Below are positions 19,751 to 29,710 of a stretch of DNA of 64,000 bases, piece by piece (the stretch's first letter is position 1; each line of letters begins with the position of its first letter). Both the position numbers and the translations under genes were made by a program. This DNA comes from Candidatus Marinacidobacterales bacterium (GTDB taxonomy: Bacteria; Acidobacteriota; Vicinamibacteria; Marinacidobacterales; DATDRI01). The stretch spans positions 2,112,001-2,176,000 of the forward strand of contig OZ245365.1 of the NCBI GenBank assembly GCA_965226495.1, written 5' to 3'. The notes under the pieces were generated by a model, which was given only the letters and a program-made list of their open reading frames with translations, had not been told where the DNA came from and searched no databases.

Positions 19751-21793
19751 CTAGGAGACCCGCACCAGCACCATGGTCATGTCGTCATGTTGGTCTTCGC
19801 CTTCTGCGAAGGCGAAGACCTCGTCGATGATCTTTTCCCGGAGCTCCTCGGGGGCTAGGCCGGAGTGGCGCTCTATGATTTCGCGCAGCCGCGACTCGCC
19901 GAACAAGTCGGCTTGAGGATTCATGGCCTCCGAGACACCGTCGGTGAAGAACAAAAAGAGGTCTCCCGAACACAGGGCGACCGATTCTTCGGTAAGAATC
20001 TCCTCGAATCGAGTCCCGCGATCGAGCGCGAGCCCGAGGCCCTCGGGCGCCAAAACGCGAGTCTCGTTCCCGATGAACGTGAGTTGCAATATTGGATTGT
20101 GGCCGGCGCGCGCATAGGTCATCTTCTTTGCATCCATGTCGATGACCGCATAGACCATCGTGATGAAGCTGCGGCTGTCAAGGTTGGCGGCCAATATCTT
20201 GTTGGCTTCCACGAGCAACTTTCGCGGTGAGTCGTAGATCTGGCTCAACGACAGTACCAAACCCTTGAGCTCGGCCATATACAGAGCGGCGGAAGTCCCT
20301 TTGCCCGAGACGTCGGCAATGAGCAGCGCCATCCGGTTCCCATCTAAGGAAATGAAGTCGTAGTAATCACCACCGACCTCGGTGGCGGGGAGACAAAGGG
20401 CGGCGATGGTCAGTCCCGGTATCTTGACCGCGTCCTTGGGTAGCAGACTCATCTGGATTTGGCGCGCGATGCGTAGTTCCTCTTCCATGCGCTCTTTCTC
20501 GGCCGATTGCCTCAGAAGATCCTGAATGCTGGTTGTCATCAGGTTGAAAGATTCCGCCAACTCTCCGAGTTGGTCACGAGAGCGTACCTGAACCTTGTAG
20601 CTGAAATCGCCCTGGCGCGCGTGTTCGGTTCCTTTGCTGAGAGCGTGGATAGAGCCCGTGATCGAACGCGCCAGTAGGAGGCCGACGAATATCGCCAAGA
20701 CTTCGATGGCGAGGAACAAGCCGGCTAGGATCCCCAGCAGTACGAGGATAGCGCGGCCTAGCTCGAGTGCATTGGTCGCTATCACACGATAGATATTCAT
20801 GAGCGAGAACCGAATCAGGATGATTCCCAGCGGCTCGGGGTCGGCTTGTACCGCGTCTTGCGGTGCCCACTGCCGAGCTTCGACCAGGGCGGCCCATCTC
20901 AGAGAGTAGGGCGAGTCGCCGGAGGACGAGGTGAGGACATTCAGGTTGGACCGAGCGGATCCGGTTCCCACTTGGACCCCTCCGTTATCGTCGGTGACGG
21001 CGCTTAGAACCTGTTGAGCTTCGAGGCCGGTTTCTTGTTCGATGTGTCGGAGCGCGGAAGCGAGGGGGATGGTGACCACGACTCGAAAGGCCGCCCCGTC
21101 TTTTGGAGGCTTGGAGAAACCGGCCACGAGGTATTGTTTCTCGACCTGCAATAGCCCCTCGTAACCCTGGCTGGCCCAATCAGGTAAATCTTGGCCCGGA
21201 GGCAGGAGATCGGGCATTTGGTCGATGACGACCCTGCGCTTGGAACCGGGGCCGCCAACATATGCGGCCGACGCGCCGGGGTAATTGGAGCTCAGATTAG
21301 ACAGACACTCCCTGAGGATGCGCTCGATCTCGACTGTGGGAAGCCCACCTTGTTTCGTGTTCAGCAAATCGGCGACCGCGAGGTCGGCGGCTTGAGCGGC
21401 TTCCGCCTCGGTCTTTTGCAGCGAGGCGGTAAGGATGTAGGAGCTGACCTGGCCGAAGACGAGGTAGGCGCTCAGCAGGAAAAAGAAAAGAATGAGCACC
21501 GTGGGGACCATCCCGATGAGCAGATAAGAAATGATGAGCTTCCGACGGATGCGCCACAGAAGCTTGGAGCGAAGAGCCAAGACGCCTCGTACGAGGAATC
21601 CGATGATGAAGATGGCTAGACCCACGTCGACGACGCCATCGATGAAGGGTGGCAAAAGGCCAAGTGGCCTCAGAAGTCGGAGGGCGACCAGCGCTAGGAA
21701 GACCTTGCCCAGCCGGGTGCGAAAGAGGAATCGGAACGGCTGGCGAGACATTAGGGGGCTGGCGGAGCCAGAAGTCAGTTGTTTGGAGGCCAT
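19751..21793 (-). CDS. Membrane SpoIIE/PP2C (RsbU-like) phosphatase with HAMP domain
   Basis: TM helices; HAMP DQLGELAESFN; VGGDYYD, IADVSGKG, FTDGVSEA, DDMT. Confidence 0.92.
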   Translation of the reverse strand: MASKQLTSGSASPLMSRQPFRFLFRTRLGKVFLALVALRLLRPLGLLPPFIDGVVDVGLAIFIIGFLVRGVLALRSKLLWRIRRKLIISYLLIGMVPTVLILFFFLLSAYLVFGQVSSYILTASLQKTEAEAAQAADLAVADLLNTKQGGLPTVEIERILRECLSNLSSNYPGASAAYVGGPGSKRRVVIDQMPDLLPPGQDLPDWASQGYEGLLQVEKQYLVAGFSKPPKDGAAFRVVVTIPLASALRHIEQETGLEAQQVLSAVTDDNGGVQVGTGSARSNLNVLTSSSGDSPYSLRWAALVEARQWAPQDAVQADPEPLGIILIRFSLMNIYRVIATNALELGRAILVLLGILAGLFLAIEVLAIFVGLLLARSITGSIHALSKGTEHARQGDFSYKVQVRSRDQLGELAESFNLMTTSIQDLLRQSAEKERMEEELRIARQIQMSLLPKDAVKIPGLTIAALCLPATEVGGDYYDFISLDGNRMALLIADVSGKGTSAALYMAELKGLVLSLSQIYDSPRKLLVEANKILAANLDSRSFITMVYAVIDMDAKKMTYARAGHNPILQLTFIGNETRVLAPEGLGLALDRGTRFEEILTEESVALCSGDLFLFFTDGVSEAMNPQADLFGESRLREIIERHSGLAPEELREKIIDEVFAFAEGEDQHDDMTMVLVRVS

Positions 21794-22059
21794 AGATGAA
21801 CTAGGTCGTGCGAGTTAGGGGGTCCCCTCGTCCCGAAATATAGCACAGGGCCCGCTGACTCGGTCGCATGATGGCATCCACCTGGCTTGCGTACCCTCTT
21901 GAATCGAGCCGAAAGCCCGCTGGCTCCGTCGGGCTGAGCAACCCACCGGCTTGCGTGGCCCGAAGCGTTTAGAACCGCCGCTGGCTCACTGGCGTGATCG
22001 CACCCGCCAACTTGACGTTCATGGGCACGCTTGGTTATCCTCGAGCAGAGCATCTTCAT

Positions 22060-22812
22060 ATGAGCCGCTTGTTGATAATCGCCGTTTCGTGCCTTTTTGC
22101 GTTCGTCATCCAAGCGGGCATTTTCTCGGAGCCCTCGACCGCGGCAGGTCAGGAAGGGGAGGAGGCCTCGAGCGCGGAACCCGAGCTCATTCTGGAAGGC
22201 ATCATCGTCGCGTCCGAACCCTCGAATGCCGTGGCCCTGGTTCGTCGTCCGGAGTCGACCTTCGCGCGCGCCGTGAAAGTAGGTGAGAAAGTATACGGCT
22301 TCGAGCTCATCGAGGTTTCCGATGGAGCGGTCCGATTCAAACAAGGGGACGCCGTCATCCGGCTGACGCTCGCCGGACAATGGCAGCGGTCCAATACATC
22401 CGTCATCGTCGATGCGAATCCCGCCGAAGAAATCGAAACGCCCGACGCGCCTGACGCAGGAAGCGGGCAAGCCCCGGAATTATCGGCAGAGATGAAGAGG
22501 CAGCTGCGGCGGTCTCTACTGGAAGAGAGGCTTTCCCGTGAAATACCCGCCATCCTGACCAAGACCGGCCTCACGCCACGGGTCGAGGAAGGTGTGGTCA
22601 CCGGCTTTCGTATCACGCGACTTCCCAAGGGGACCGTCCTGGACGAGGCAGGGATTCGTACCGGCGATGTTCTCTTGAGTATCAACGAGATTTCCCTCAA
22701 TAGTCCTTATGCTCTGATGGAGCTCTACCCTCGTCTCCAGGAGGCAGATGAAATCCGCGTCCTTTTGGAACGTGACGAGGAAATAATGACCCTCATCTAT
22801 AGTTTTGATTGA
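22060..22812 (+). CDS. GspC-like protein with PDZ domain (orphan type II secretion C-like)
   Basis: N-terminal hydrophobic helix; LEGIIV..AVALV..VKVGE; PDZ GIRTGDVLLSINE. Confidence 0.65.
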   Translation: MSRLLIIAVSCLFAFVIQAGIFSEPSTAAGQEGEEASSAEPELILEGIIVASEPSNAVALVRRPESTFARAVKVGEKVYGFELIEVSDGAVRFKQGDAVIRLTLAGQWQRSNTSVIVDANPAEEIETPDAPDAGSGQAPELSAEMKRQLRRSLLEERLSREIPAILTKTGLTPRVEEGVVTGFRITRLPKGTVLDEAGIRTGDVLLSINEISLNSPYALMELYPRLQEADEIRVLLERDEEIMTLIYSFD

Positions 22813-22833
22813 CGAAACCACGGGCATGACTTT

Positions 22834-23997
22834 TCAGGGCGATTCGCCCTGGGGAATCTGCGGGGCGAGCTGTCGAAAAATCGTGGGTGCCAGTGTCGCC
22901 GTCACGGCTGCGAGCAGAATGACGATGGCCCGATCTTGGCCAGTCAGAAGACCGAGCTCCACACCCAAGGTAGCCACGGCAATGATGAGGCTAAGTCGTG
23001 CCGACAGAAGAGTCCCCGCCGCCAGCGCCTCTCGCAAGGAAAAGCCGCGAAACATCAGGAAGAGTGACGGGATCATCTTCACGAGGATGGCTCCGAATAG
23101 CACAGAGAGAGCTTGGAGGAACACTTTTGGATCGAGGAGGATGTCGACTTCGAATCGGATTCCGATGTTGATGAAAAAGATGGGAATTAGGAATCCATAG
23201 GAGAACCCGTTCAGCTGATGCTCCAGTGAGCCACGGTTTCGAAACACCATGGCGAACACGGTGCCGGCCAGGAAGGCACCTAAGATCGGCTCCACATCCA
23301 ACGCCATCGAGAGTCCGACGAAGGCGAGCATGAGAGCCAGACAGGCCCGGATTCCCAGCTCTTCGGGATCGTCTGAGCTGAAGAGTCTTCGGAAACGCTC
23401 CGGATACCACCAGACAGCTAGCCGCAGGCTGCGTAGGACGATCACGATCGCGAGGAAGAGGGCGGGAATCTTGAGCAGGTTCAGGCTGGCGCCGTGCTCA
23501 TGGACTACTGCGAGGAACGCAACGCCCAGCAGCGTCAGAAAATCCGCCAAAATCGCCGCGAGTAGAATCGTTTGGCCGAGCGCGGTCGAGGCGCGGCGCG
23601 TATTCCGAAGGGTGGGGACCACTAGACCAACGGAGGTCGTCGCCAAGACCATGGTCATGAACAACCCATAGCCAAGCCTTTGCGTGACCATATGGGAAAC
23701 GAGCAACGTCAGCGCGAACATGGCTAAGCCCGTCCCGATTTGAGAAATACCTCGCTCGTTCAGCTTGCGGAAGTCGATCTCGAACCCCGCAAGAAACATC
23801 AGCAGGAAGAGTCCTAGCTGGGCGAACAAATCGAGGATCTCCGAGCCCTGGATCAGATCGATGACCGCGGGCCCGGCCACGATCCCGAATAGGATCTCCA
23901 ATACGACCGCGGGAACACGCAAGTGTCCGGCGACTAGCGGCAGGATGAAGACGGCAGCCGCAATTAGGATGAGCGACGTGGCTTGCGCTTGTTCCAT
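22834..23997 (-). CDS. Cation:proton antiporter (CPA2 family)
   Basis: Many TM helices; FLAGFEID, TTSVG, LADF, GAFLAG, PIFFINIG. Confidence 0.9.
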   Translation of the reverse strand: MEQAQATSLILIAAAVFILPLVAGHLRVPAVVLEILFGIVAGPAVIDLIQGSEILDLFAQLGLFLLMFLAGFEIDFRKLNERGISQIGTGLAMFALTLLVSHMVTQRLGYGLFMTMVLATTSVGLVVPTLRNTRRASTALGQTILLAAILADFLTLLGVAFLAVVHEHGASLNLLKIPALFLAIVIVLRSLRLAVWWYPERFRRLFSSDDPEELGIRACLALMLAFVGLSMALDVEPILGAFLAGTVFAMVFRNRGSLEHQLNGFSYGFLIPIFFINIGIRFEVDILLDPKVFLQALSVLFGAILVKMIPSLFLMFRGFSLREALAAGTLLSARLSLIIAVATLGVELGLLTGQDRAIVILLAAVTATLAPTIFRQLAPQIPQGESP

Positions 23998-24065
23998 TTT
24001 CGGGATCTGACCTCGAGCCTCTAGGATTCTATCGTAGTAGGCGGTCGGCGGGGAGTTGCGCTCCC

Positions 24066-24163
24066 AAAAAAAGGCGCCGGAGTTGAACCGCGCTTGGAGT
24101 CGGGTTTGAGGAGGGCCAGCCTTATTGGCTCTCACCCCGGACCGTGGTGAATCCCCGGCGCAC
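24066..24163 (-). ncRNA. Candidate small structured RNA (~95 nt)
   Basis: TATGCT -10 box at 24168-24173, then an ~88-nt self-complementary rod (GCGCCGGGG...CUCCGGCGC) ending in U7; family not recognised. Confidence 0.45.
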
Positions 24164-24371
24164 TTTTAGCATAGGCGTCGGGAAGTTCCCCTCACCTCTG
24201 TTGGGGTTCGCCTACGCGCCTCAACGAGCATCGGAGCGACAAAGCCCGTAAAGCCAGTTTTGCCAACGGTTTTTGTGACGGAATGAAAAGCCTATATCGA
24301 GGCACACATCTTGCTATCTATAAGCGGAGGCTAGCCACCCACCCCGGCGCGCCTTCGGTGGAAAAAAAGCT

Positions 24372-26339
24372 ATGACTGCGTCCAAATCGGCGGATCCCGC
24401 TACCACTCAGGCTTCCCTGGCAAAGGCCCTGGGGAAGCGCTACGACATCCTAGAGAAGCTAGGTGCCGGCGCGATTGCCGAAGTCTACAAGGCGCACGAC
24501 ACCGCGCTCGACCGCACGGTTGCGGTCAAGGTCTTCACCCTCGAGACTCTAGCCTACCCCGAGAATATGGACAATCTGAAGGAGCGCTTCATTCGGGAGG
24601 CCCAGGTTGCGGCTCAGCTGCATCATCCCAACATCGTTACGACATACGACATCGTTTCCACGGAAGAAGTGAACGTTCTGGTCATGGAGTTCGTGAAGGG
24701 AGTAACGCTCCAGTCGGTTATGGCTTCGAAGAAACTGAGTCTCTCCGAGACGGCGCAGATGCTGACTCAAGTGGCCTCAGCGCTCGACTACGCCCACGGC
24801 CAGAAAGTTGTCCACCGGGACGTGAAACCGGCCAATATCTTGGTTGCCTCCTCCGGGCAGGTAAAGGTGGCGGATTTTGGGATCGCCAAGGCCGAAAACT
24901 CTACCAACCTGACTGCAGACGGAGGTGTGCTGGGAACACCCGACTACATGTCTCCGGAGCAGGCTCAGGGGTGGGAGCTGGACGGCCGATCCGATCTTTT
25001 TTCCCTCGCCTGCATCGTCTACGAGTGTCTGGCCGGTGAGAAGCCGTTCCAGGCTAGCACCTTGACCGCGCTCTTGTTGAAAATCGTTAACGAGCCGCCG
25101 CCTCCAATCGATTTGGAGGCCTGGCGTTTGCCACCGGAGGTTCAGGCTGTCATAGACCGGGCTCTGGATAAAGAACCCAAGAAGCGGTTCTCTACCGGCA
25201 GCGAACTCCTGGACGCTCTCACGTCACTCGTGACGCTCGAAGAACAAAAGGTCGATGGGCTCGAGGAAACCGTAGTAGGCGAGAGGGAGCTCCGTGAGGC
25301 CATGCGAAGTGTCGAGGATTCTGTGGCCGACACTCTGATGAAGGAGGCTCGACGCACGACCAAGATCGAGCCCCATCTGAAAGCGCTCTATAGGGATGAT
25401 CGTAAGCTGCGAGTCGTATCTTCTCCGATGCTGAGTTTCCAGAACGTAGCGCTAACGCCAGAAGAAGCCTTCATCCTTTCTCGCGTCGACGGTACCGTCA
25501 CCCCTGCCGACATCTTCAAGCTGAGCTCGCTGTCCGAGGAAGAGACCGCCCGAAGTCTGCTTGGACTCTTACGCTCCGGCATCGTGGAGCTCGAGAGCGG
25601 CGAGAAGGGTCGCGAGGCCGCCAAGATGGCTCAGCCTGCGCGCTCTCAGACGAAGTCTCTTGGGGCGCCCTCCGTTGATGAGCAACGTCAAGAGATCGAG
25701 CAATTGTTCGACCAATTTCAGCACGACGATGATTGGCGGATTCTCGGCATTACTCCTGGTGACGATTACCAAACGATGAAGCGTGCCTTCCAAAAAAAGA
25801 CGTTTCGCTACCACCCGGACCGCTTCCACCGCATCAAGGATCCGACCCTGCAAAAGAAGATCTCCTTCGTTTTCGCGCGGGTGGGTGAAGCCTTCGCGAA
25901 GCTCTCCAACGTCGTGGAAAAACGACCCCCAAAGACAACCCCCAATCAGAGCACCGCACCGGCCTCGGAAGGTGCGGATACACAACCGCGTGAGGACGCT
26001 GGCAAGCGCGCGCGGCAACTCTTTCAGCTCGCGAAACGAGCGTATGACAAGACGGACTTCTGGGAAACCATTCAGTTCTGTCGGGAGGCTATCGAGCTCG
26101 TCAACGATAACGCCGAGTGTTTTTATCTCTTGGGACGGGCATTGGCCCGCAATCGGAGTTGGCGGAAAGAGGCCGAGGAGAATCTACGGATCGCGAGCAG
26201 TCTCGACCCGACGAACGTCGACTACTTCTTGACGCTCGGGGAGTTCTACCGGCGCGAGGGGCTCGCATCGAGAGCTAAGAAAATGTTCGAACAGGCAAAG
26301 GCCATCAACCCTGACTGCGAAATTCCAGAAGAAGGCTAG
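24372..26339 (+). CDS. Ser/Thr kinase fused to DnaJ J-domain and TPR repeats
   Basis: HRDVKPAN, DFG, GTPDYMSPE; J-domain WRILGI..MKRAF..RYHPDRF; C-terminal TPRs; no TM helix. Confidence 0.88.
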   Translation: MTASKSADPATTQASLAKALGKRYDILEKLGAGAIAEVYKAHDTALDRTVAVKVFTLETLAYPENMDNLKERFIREAQVAAQLHHPNIVTTYDIVSTEEVNVLVMEFVKGVTLQSVMASKKLSLSETAQMLTQVASALDYAHGQKVVHRDVKPANILVASSGQVKVADFGIAKAENSTNLTADGGVLGTPDYMSPEQAQGWELDGRSDLFSLACIVYECLAGEKPFQASTLTALLLKIVNEPPPPIDLEAWRLPPEVQAVIDRALDKEPKKRFSTGSELLDALTSLVTLEEQKVDGLEETVVGERELREAMRSVEDSVADTLMKEARRTTKIEPHLKALYRDDRKLRVVSSPMLSFQNVALTPEEAFILSRVDGTVTPADIFKLSSLSEEETARSLLGLLRSGIVELESGEKGREAAKMAQPARSQTKSLGAPSVDEQRQEIEQLFDQFQHDDDWRILGITPGDDYQTMKRAFQKKTFRYHPDRFHRIKDPTLQKKISFVFARVGEAFAKLSNVVEKRPPKTTPNQSTAPASEGADTQPREDAGKRARQLFQLAKRAYDKTDFWETIQFCREAIELVNDNAECFYLLGRALARNRSWRKEAEENLRIASSLDPTNVDYFLTLGEFYRREGLASRAKKMFEQAKAINPDCEIPEEG

Positions 26340-26347
26340 GGCTTTTC

Positions 26348-26905
26348 ATGAAAACAGTACTCAGTCTAATCGGTGAGTTCGGCGCGTTGAACGACGCCAA
26401 GATGCGCACCGGTGGCAGCTTGCCGCCGGAGGACGAAAAACGTTGGGCGGAGCTCCAAGCGTTTTACGAGGTTTTGATGGCTCAGACCGGGCTCGACCTG
26501 GACCGAGAGGCTGCTCCGATTACGGCGGACGACATTCGAGAGCAGCTTGCGGATCGCGAGCGAATCAGGGTGCCGGTCGAGGTGCCGGTCGTTTTCCAAG
26601 AAGGCAAACAGCACCACAGTGGCAAGGTCGTGAATCTGAGCCGGGGCGGCATATTCATCGCGTCGGAGCATCTATCAGAGGTAGGCTCCCACCTCACGGT
26701 CTACATACCCCAGATTGGGAGCACCTCGGAGGAAGTATTGGAGATCGAGAGCGAGGTCATATGGGTGACCAAGCGGGGGGTCCCCGAAATCGAGCTTCCC
26801 CGTGGGATGGGGGTTCAGTTCACCGAATACCCGACCAATGCGCAGGAGAAGCTGGATTCGTTCGTCATCGAGACGATCGCGAGAAAACTATCCAGTCTTT
26901 GGTAG
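26348..26905 (+). CDS. PilZ domain protein
   Basis: RERIR (RxxxR), NLSRGG, GMGVQF. Confidence 0.85.
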   Translation: MKTVLSLIGEFGALNDAKMRTGGSLPPEDEKRWAELQAFYEVLMAQTGLDLDREAAPITADDIREQLADRERIRVPVEVPVVFQEGKQHHSGKVVNLSRGGIFIASEHLSEVGSHLTVYIPQIGSTSEEVLEIESEVIWVTKRGVPEIELPRGMGVQFTEYPTNAQEKLDSFVIETIARKLSSLW

Positions 26906-26920
26906 TCGACTTCGGCGTTC

Positions 26921-27817
26921 TCACGCCTTGCTCTCCGCTTCTTGCACCCACCGCCGATCTAGGTCCCCTTCCTTCCAGAACTCGACAAACCGCCGATAGT
27001 TGATCCGGGCACGGTCGCCGTCACTCAGCTTTTCTCGAATCTGGCCGAGCCTGTAGAAACTCCTAACGTAGAGAATCGGCCAATCGACGTGAAGGGAGAA
27101 GCTCGTGACGATGCCCTCGAACCCGTCCGCTGCCGCCCCGAAGTCCCCAGCCTCGAGGTCGCAGGATGCTCTTGAGTACCAGACCGGCACATGGAGGCTC
27201 TGGCTCGGAATCTCCGTGGTTTGCGTGGGAAGGGCCGCCTCGGCCCGTTGAAAGTCCTCCCTCGCTTCTGAGCGGTGGCCGTCCGTCAAGGCAAGCTCCC
27301 CCTTCAGAAGGTGGAAACGCGCCATTTCCGAGTTGAGTCCGGTGGCGCCCGAGCGGAGTCGAAGTTCCTCCGCTGTCTGCTCAGCGTCGCTCGATTCGCC
27401 CAGCTTCGCTTTGGCCAGTCCCAGATAGAAGAGCGCTTCCTGGTGGGGGAGAGTTGCCTCCGTCATCGCAGCAAGGCGCGCTTGCTCGAGTGCTTCCTTC
27501 GGCCGGCCGGTTTCGAGGAGCACATGCGCGGCGGTCGCCCGTGCCGACGAGCAGAGCGCATCCGAGTCGGGGTAAGCCTGGGCGGCCTGCTCGAGTAGGG
27601 ACAGCGACGCGGCGCCTTCGCCGCGGTAGAGCCGCGTCACGGACTGATTGACCAACCCTAGCCAATTCCAGAAACGCTCGGAGGATTCCGCCATTTTCCC
27701 AGAAGCCACCGCCGCTCCGTGCCAGTCCTCGCTGAGAATCGATTTGACCCATTTCTTGAGGGTGAGCTCGTGGAGGAGAGACGTGAAATCCAGTGAGGAA
27801 GGCTGCTTGCTATCCAT
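26921..27817 (-). CDS. TPR-repeat protein
   Basis: Ala/Leu-rich helical repeats (ALFYLGLAKAKLG, FYRLGQIREKLSD). Confidence 0.7.
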   Translation of the reverse strand: MDSKQPSSLDFTSLLHELTLKKWVKSILSEDWHGAAVASGKMAESSERFWNWLGLVNQSVTRLYRGEGAASLSLLEQAAQAYPDSDALCSSARATAAHVLLETGRPKEALEQARLAAMTEATLPHQEALFYLGLAKAKLGESSDAEQTAEELRLRSGATGLNSEMARFHLLKGELALTDGHRSEAREDFQRAEAALPTQTTEIPSQSLHVPVWYSRASCDLEAGDFGAAADGFEGIVTSFSLHVDWPILYVRSFYRLGQIREKLSDGDRARINYRRFVEFWKEGDLDRRWVQEAESKA

Positions 27818-27864
27818 TGGGTAAAGTACCGCGAGACCTCATGCTCTCGGGTCTTGCGAAGCTG

Positions 27865-29569
27865 CTAGTATCCTACCGCTTTGCCGTCCATTCTTGGATC
27901 GGCGGCCCCGAATCTGATGTCGGTCTCGGGATCCACATAGATGCTGTGCGCGTCACCGATGCTCGTTCCTGCTGCGAGTGTATGCCCCTTTGCCCGAAGC
28001 GTTTCCTCCACGTCGCGAACCAAGCCGTGCTCTTCGTATCGAAGCACGTCGGGAAGCCACTGGTGGTGGAAGCGAGGCGAGTCGACCGCCTGCTGCACGT
28101 TCAAACCGTGATCGACGACGTTGATGACGACTTGGAACACGGTATTGATGATCGTGGGGCCGCCCGGGCTTCCCGGTCACCAACAGCACCCTGCCGTCCT
28201 TGAGGACGATCGTCGGGGTCATGGCCGACAGGGGACGCTTTCTTGGGCCAATCGAGTTAGCCTCTCCCTGGATGAGCCCGTATTGGTTCGCTACGCCGGG
28301 CTTCGAAGAGAAATCGTCCATCTCGTTGTTCAAGAGGAAACCCGCGCCGGGAACGGTGATCCCGGAGCCGTATCCGCCATTCAACGTGTACGTATTGGCG
28401 ACCGCATTACCCTCTCGATCGACGACAGAAAAGTGTGTCGTGTCCTCACTTTCGAATGGCAACGGATCGCCCGGGCCCAAATCGTTCGCCAGCGTTGTTC
28501 GGTCTGGATTGATGTCGGCCCGCCGTTTGTGAGCATACTCCTTCGAGATGAGCCCGTGGAAGGGAACGGAAGAGAAATCTGCGTCGCCTAAGTAGTGAGC
28601 CCGATCGGCAAAGGCTCGTTTCATGACTTCTGCTAGTAGATGGACGTATCTCGATGAGTTGCGCCCCAGATAGCTCAGATCCTCGGGCTCCACCATGTTG
28701 AGCATCTCCGAGAGGATGACACCTCCCGAGCTCGGTGGCCCCATCGATACGATGGTATGGCCGCGGTAGTTTGCCACGATCGGCTCGCGCTCCACGGCGC
28801 GATAGTTCTTCATGTCATCTTCGGTAATGAACCCTCCACCGTTCCTCATTTCCTGGGCGACGAGCGCCGCGACCGTCCCCTCGTAGAACCCCGCAGCGCC
28901 GAGCTTCGAGATCAGCCGCAGCGTGGCGCCGAGCTCTTTTTGAACCAGGATCTCGCCTTCCTCGAAGTAGTTTCCGTTCCTGAGGAAAATGCGGCGGCTC
29001 TCCGGAAAGCGAGAGAGAAGCGGCGCCGCCGCCTCGAAGGACTGGGAGAGGGCGTAACTAACCGGGAAGCCCTCTTCGGCGAGACGGATCGCCGGTGCCA
29101 ACACCGTCTGGGGTACGAGGCGGCCGCGCTTTTCGAGTGCCAGCAATAGGCCTGCCACCGTCCCCGGAACACCCGCCGACAAGTGCCCGACCGTACTTAG
29201 CTCAGGAACGATCTCACCGGTCTCGTCGACATACATGTTTCGGTCGGCACGGGCGGGCGCCATTTCGCGATAATCGTATGAGAAGCTCTCTCCGCTCGGG
29301 GCGTCGTGAAATACCAAGAAACCACCGCCGCCTAGGTTTCCCGCCGAGGGATGGGTGACGGCTAGCGCAAACCCGACTGCTACCGCGGCGTCGACGGCGT
29401 TGCCGCCTTTCTTCATGATCTCGATCCCGACCTCGGAGGCGATGGGGCTGGTCGAGACCACCATGCCGTGGGCGCCGCGGACCGGGGCCGGCGACGCCGT
29501 ACGCACGCGTGCGTTGACCGAGACGAGGGAAATCAGGAGTATGATGGCCAGCGATAGAGTTCGTTGCAC
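27865..29569 (-). pseudogene. ggt: Gamma-glutamyltransferase with one +1 frameshift
   Basis: GGNAVDAA, DYREMAP, TTHFSVVD, LNNEMDDF, PLSAMTP; extra G at 28172-28174 breaks the TGSPGG motif and the C-terminus continues in another frame; could be a sequencing error. Confidence 0.85.
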
Positions 29570-29710
29570 GTTCGTCTCCTTGTCGTCGCTGCTCGTGCCG
29601 TTCCAACGAGGTTGCAACAAGCGGTCGCGCTGGAACGGTACTAGCTTAATCTCGACTTGGTTGCTCTTCAAGCTTGCGGCCTGGGAGCAGACTTGATTGA
29701 ATGTCGGTCC

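Noticed and set aside
24073-24161. Possible tRNA (GGTTCAACTCC T-loop-like motif) or SRP RNA
   Set aside because: Only 8 nt follow the loop, too few for both T stem and acceptor stem; no SRP helix-8 motif
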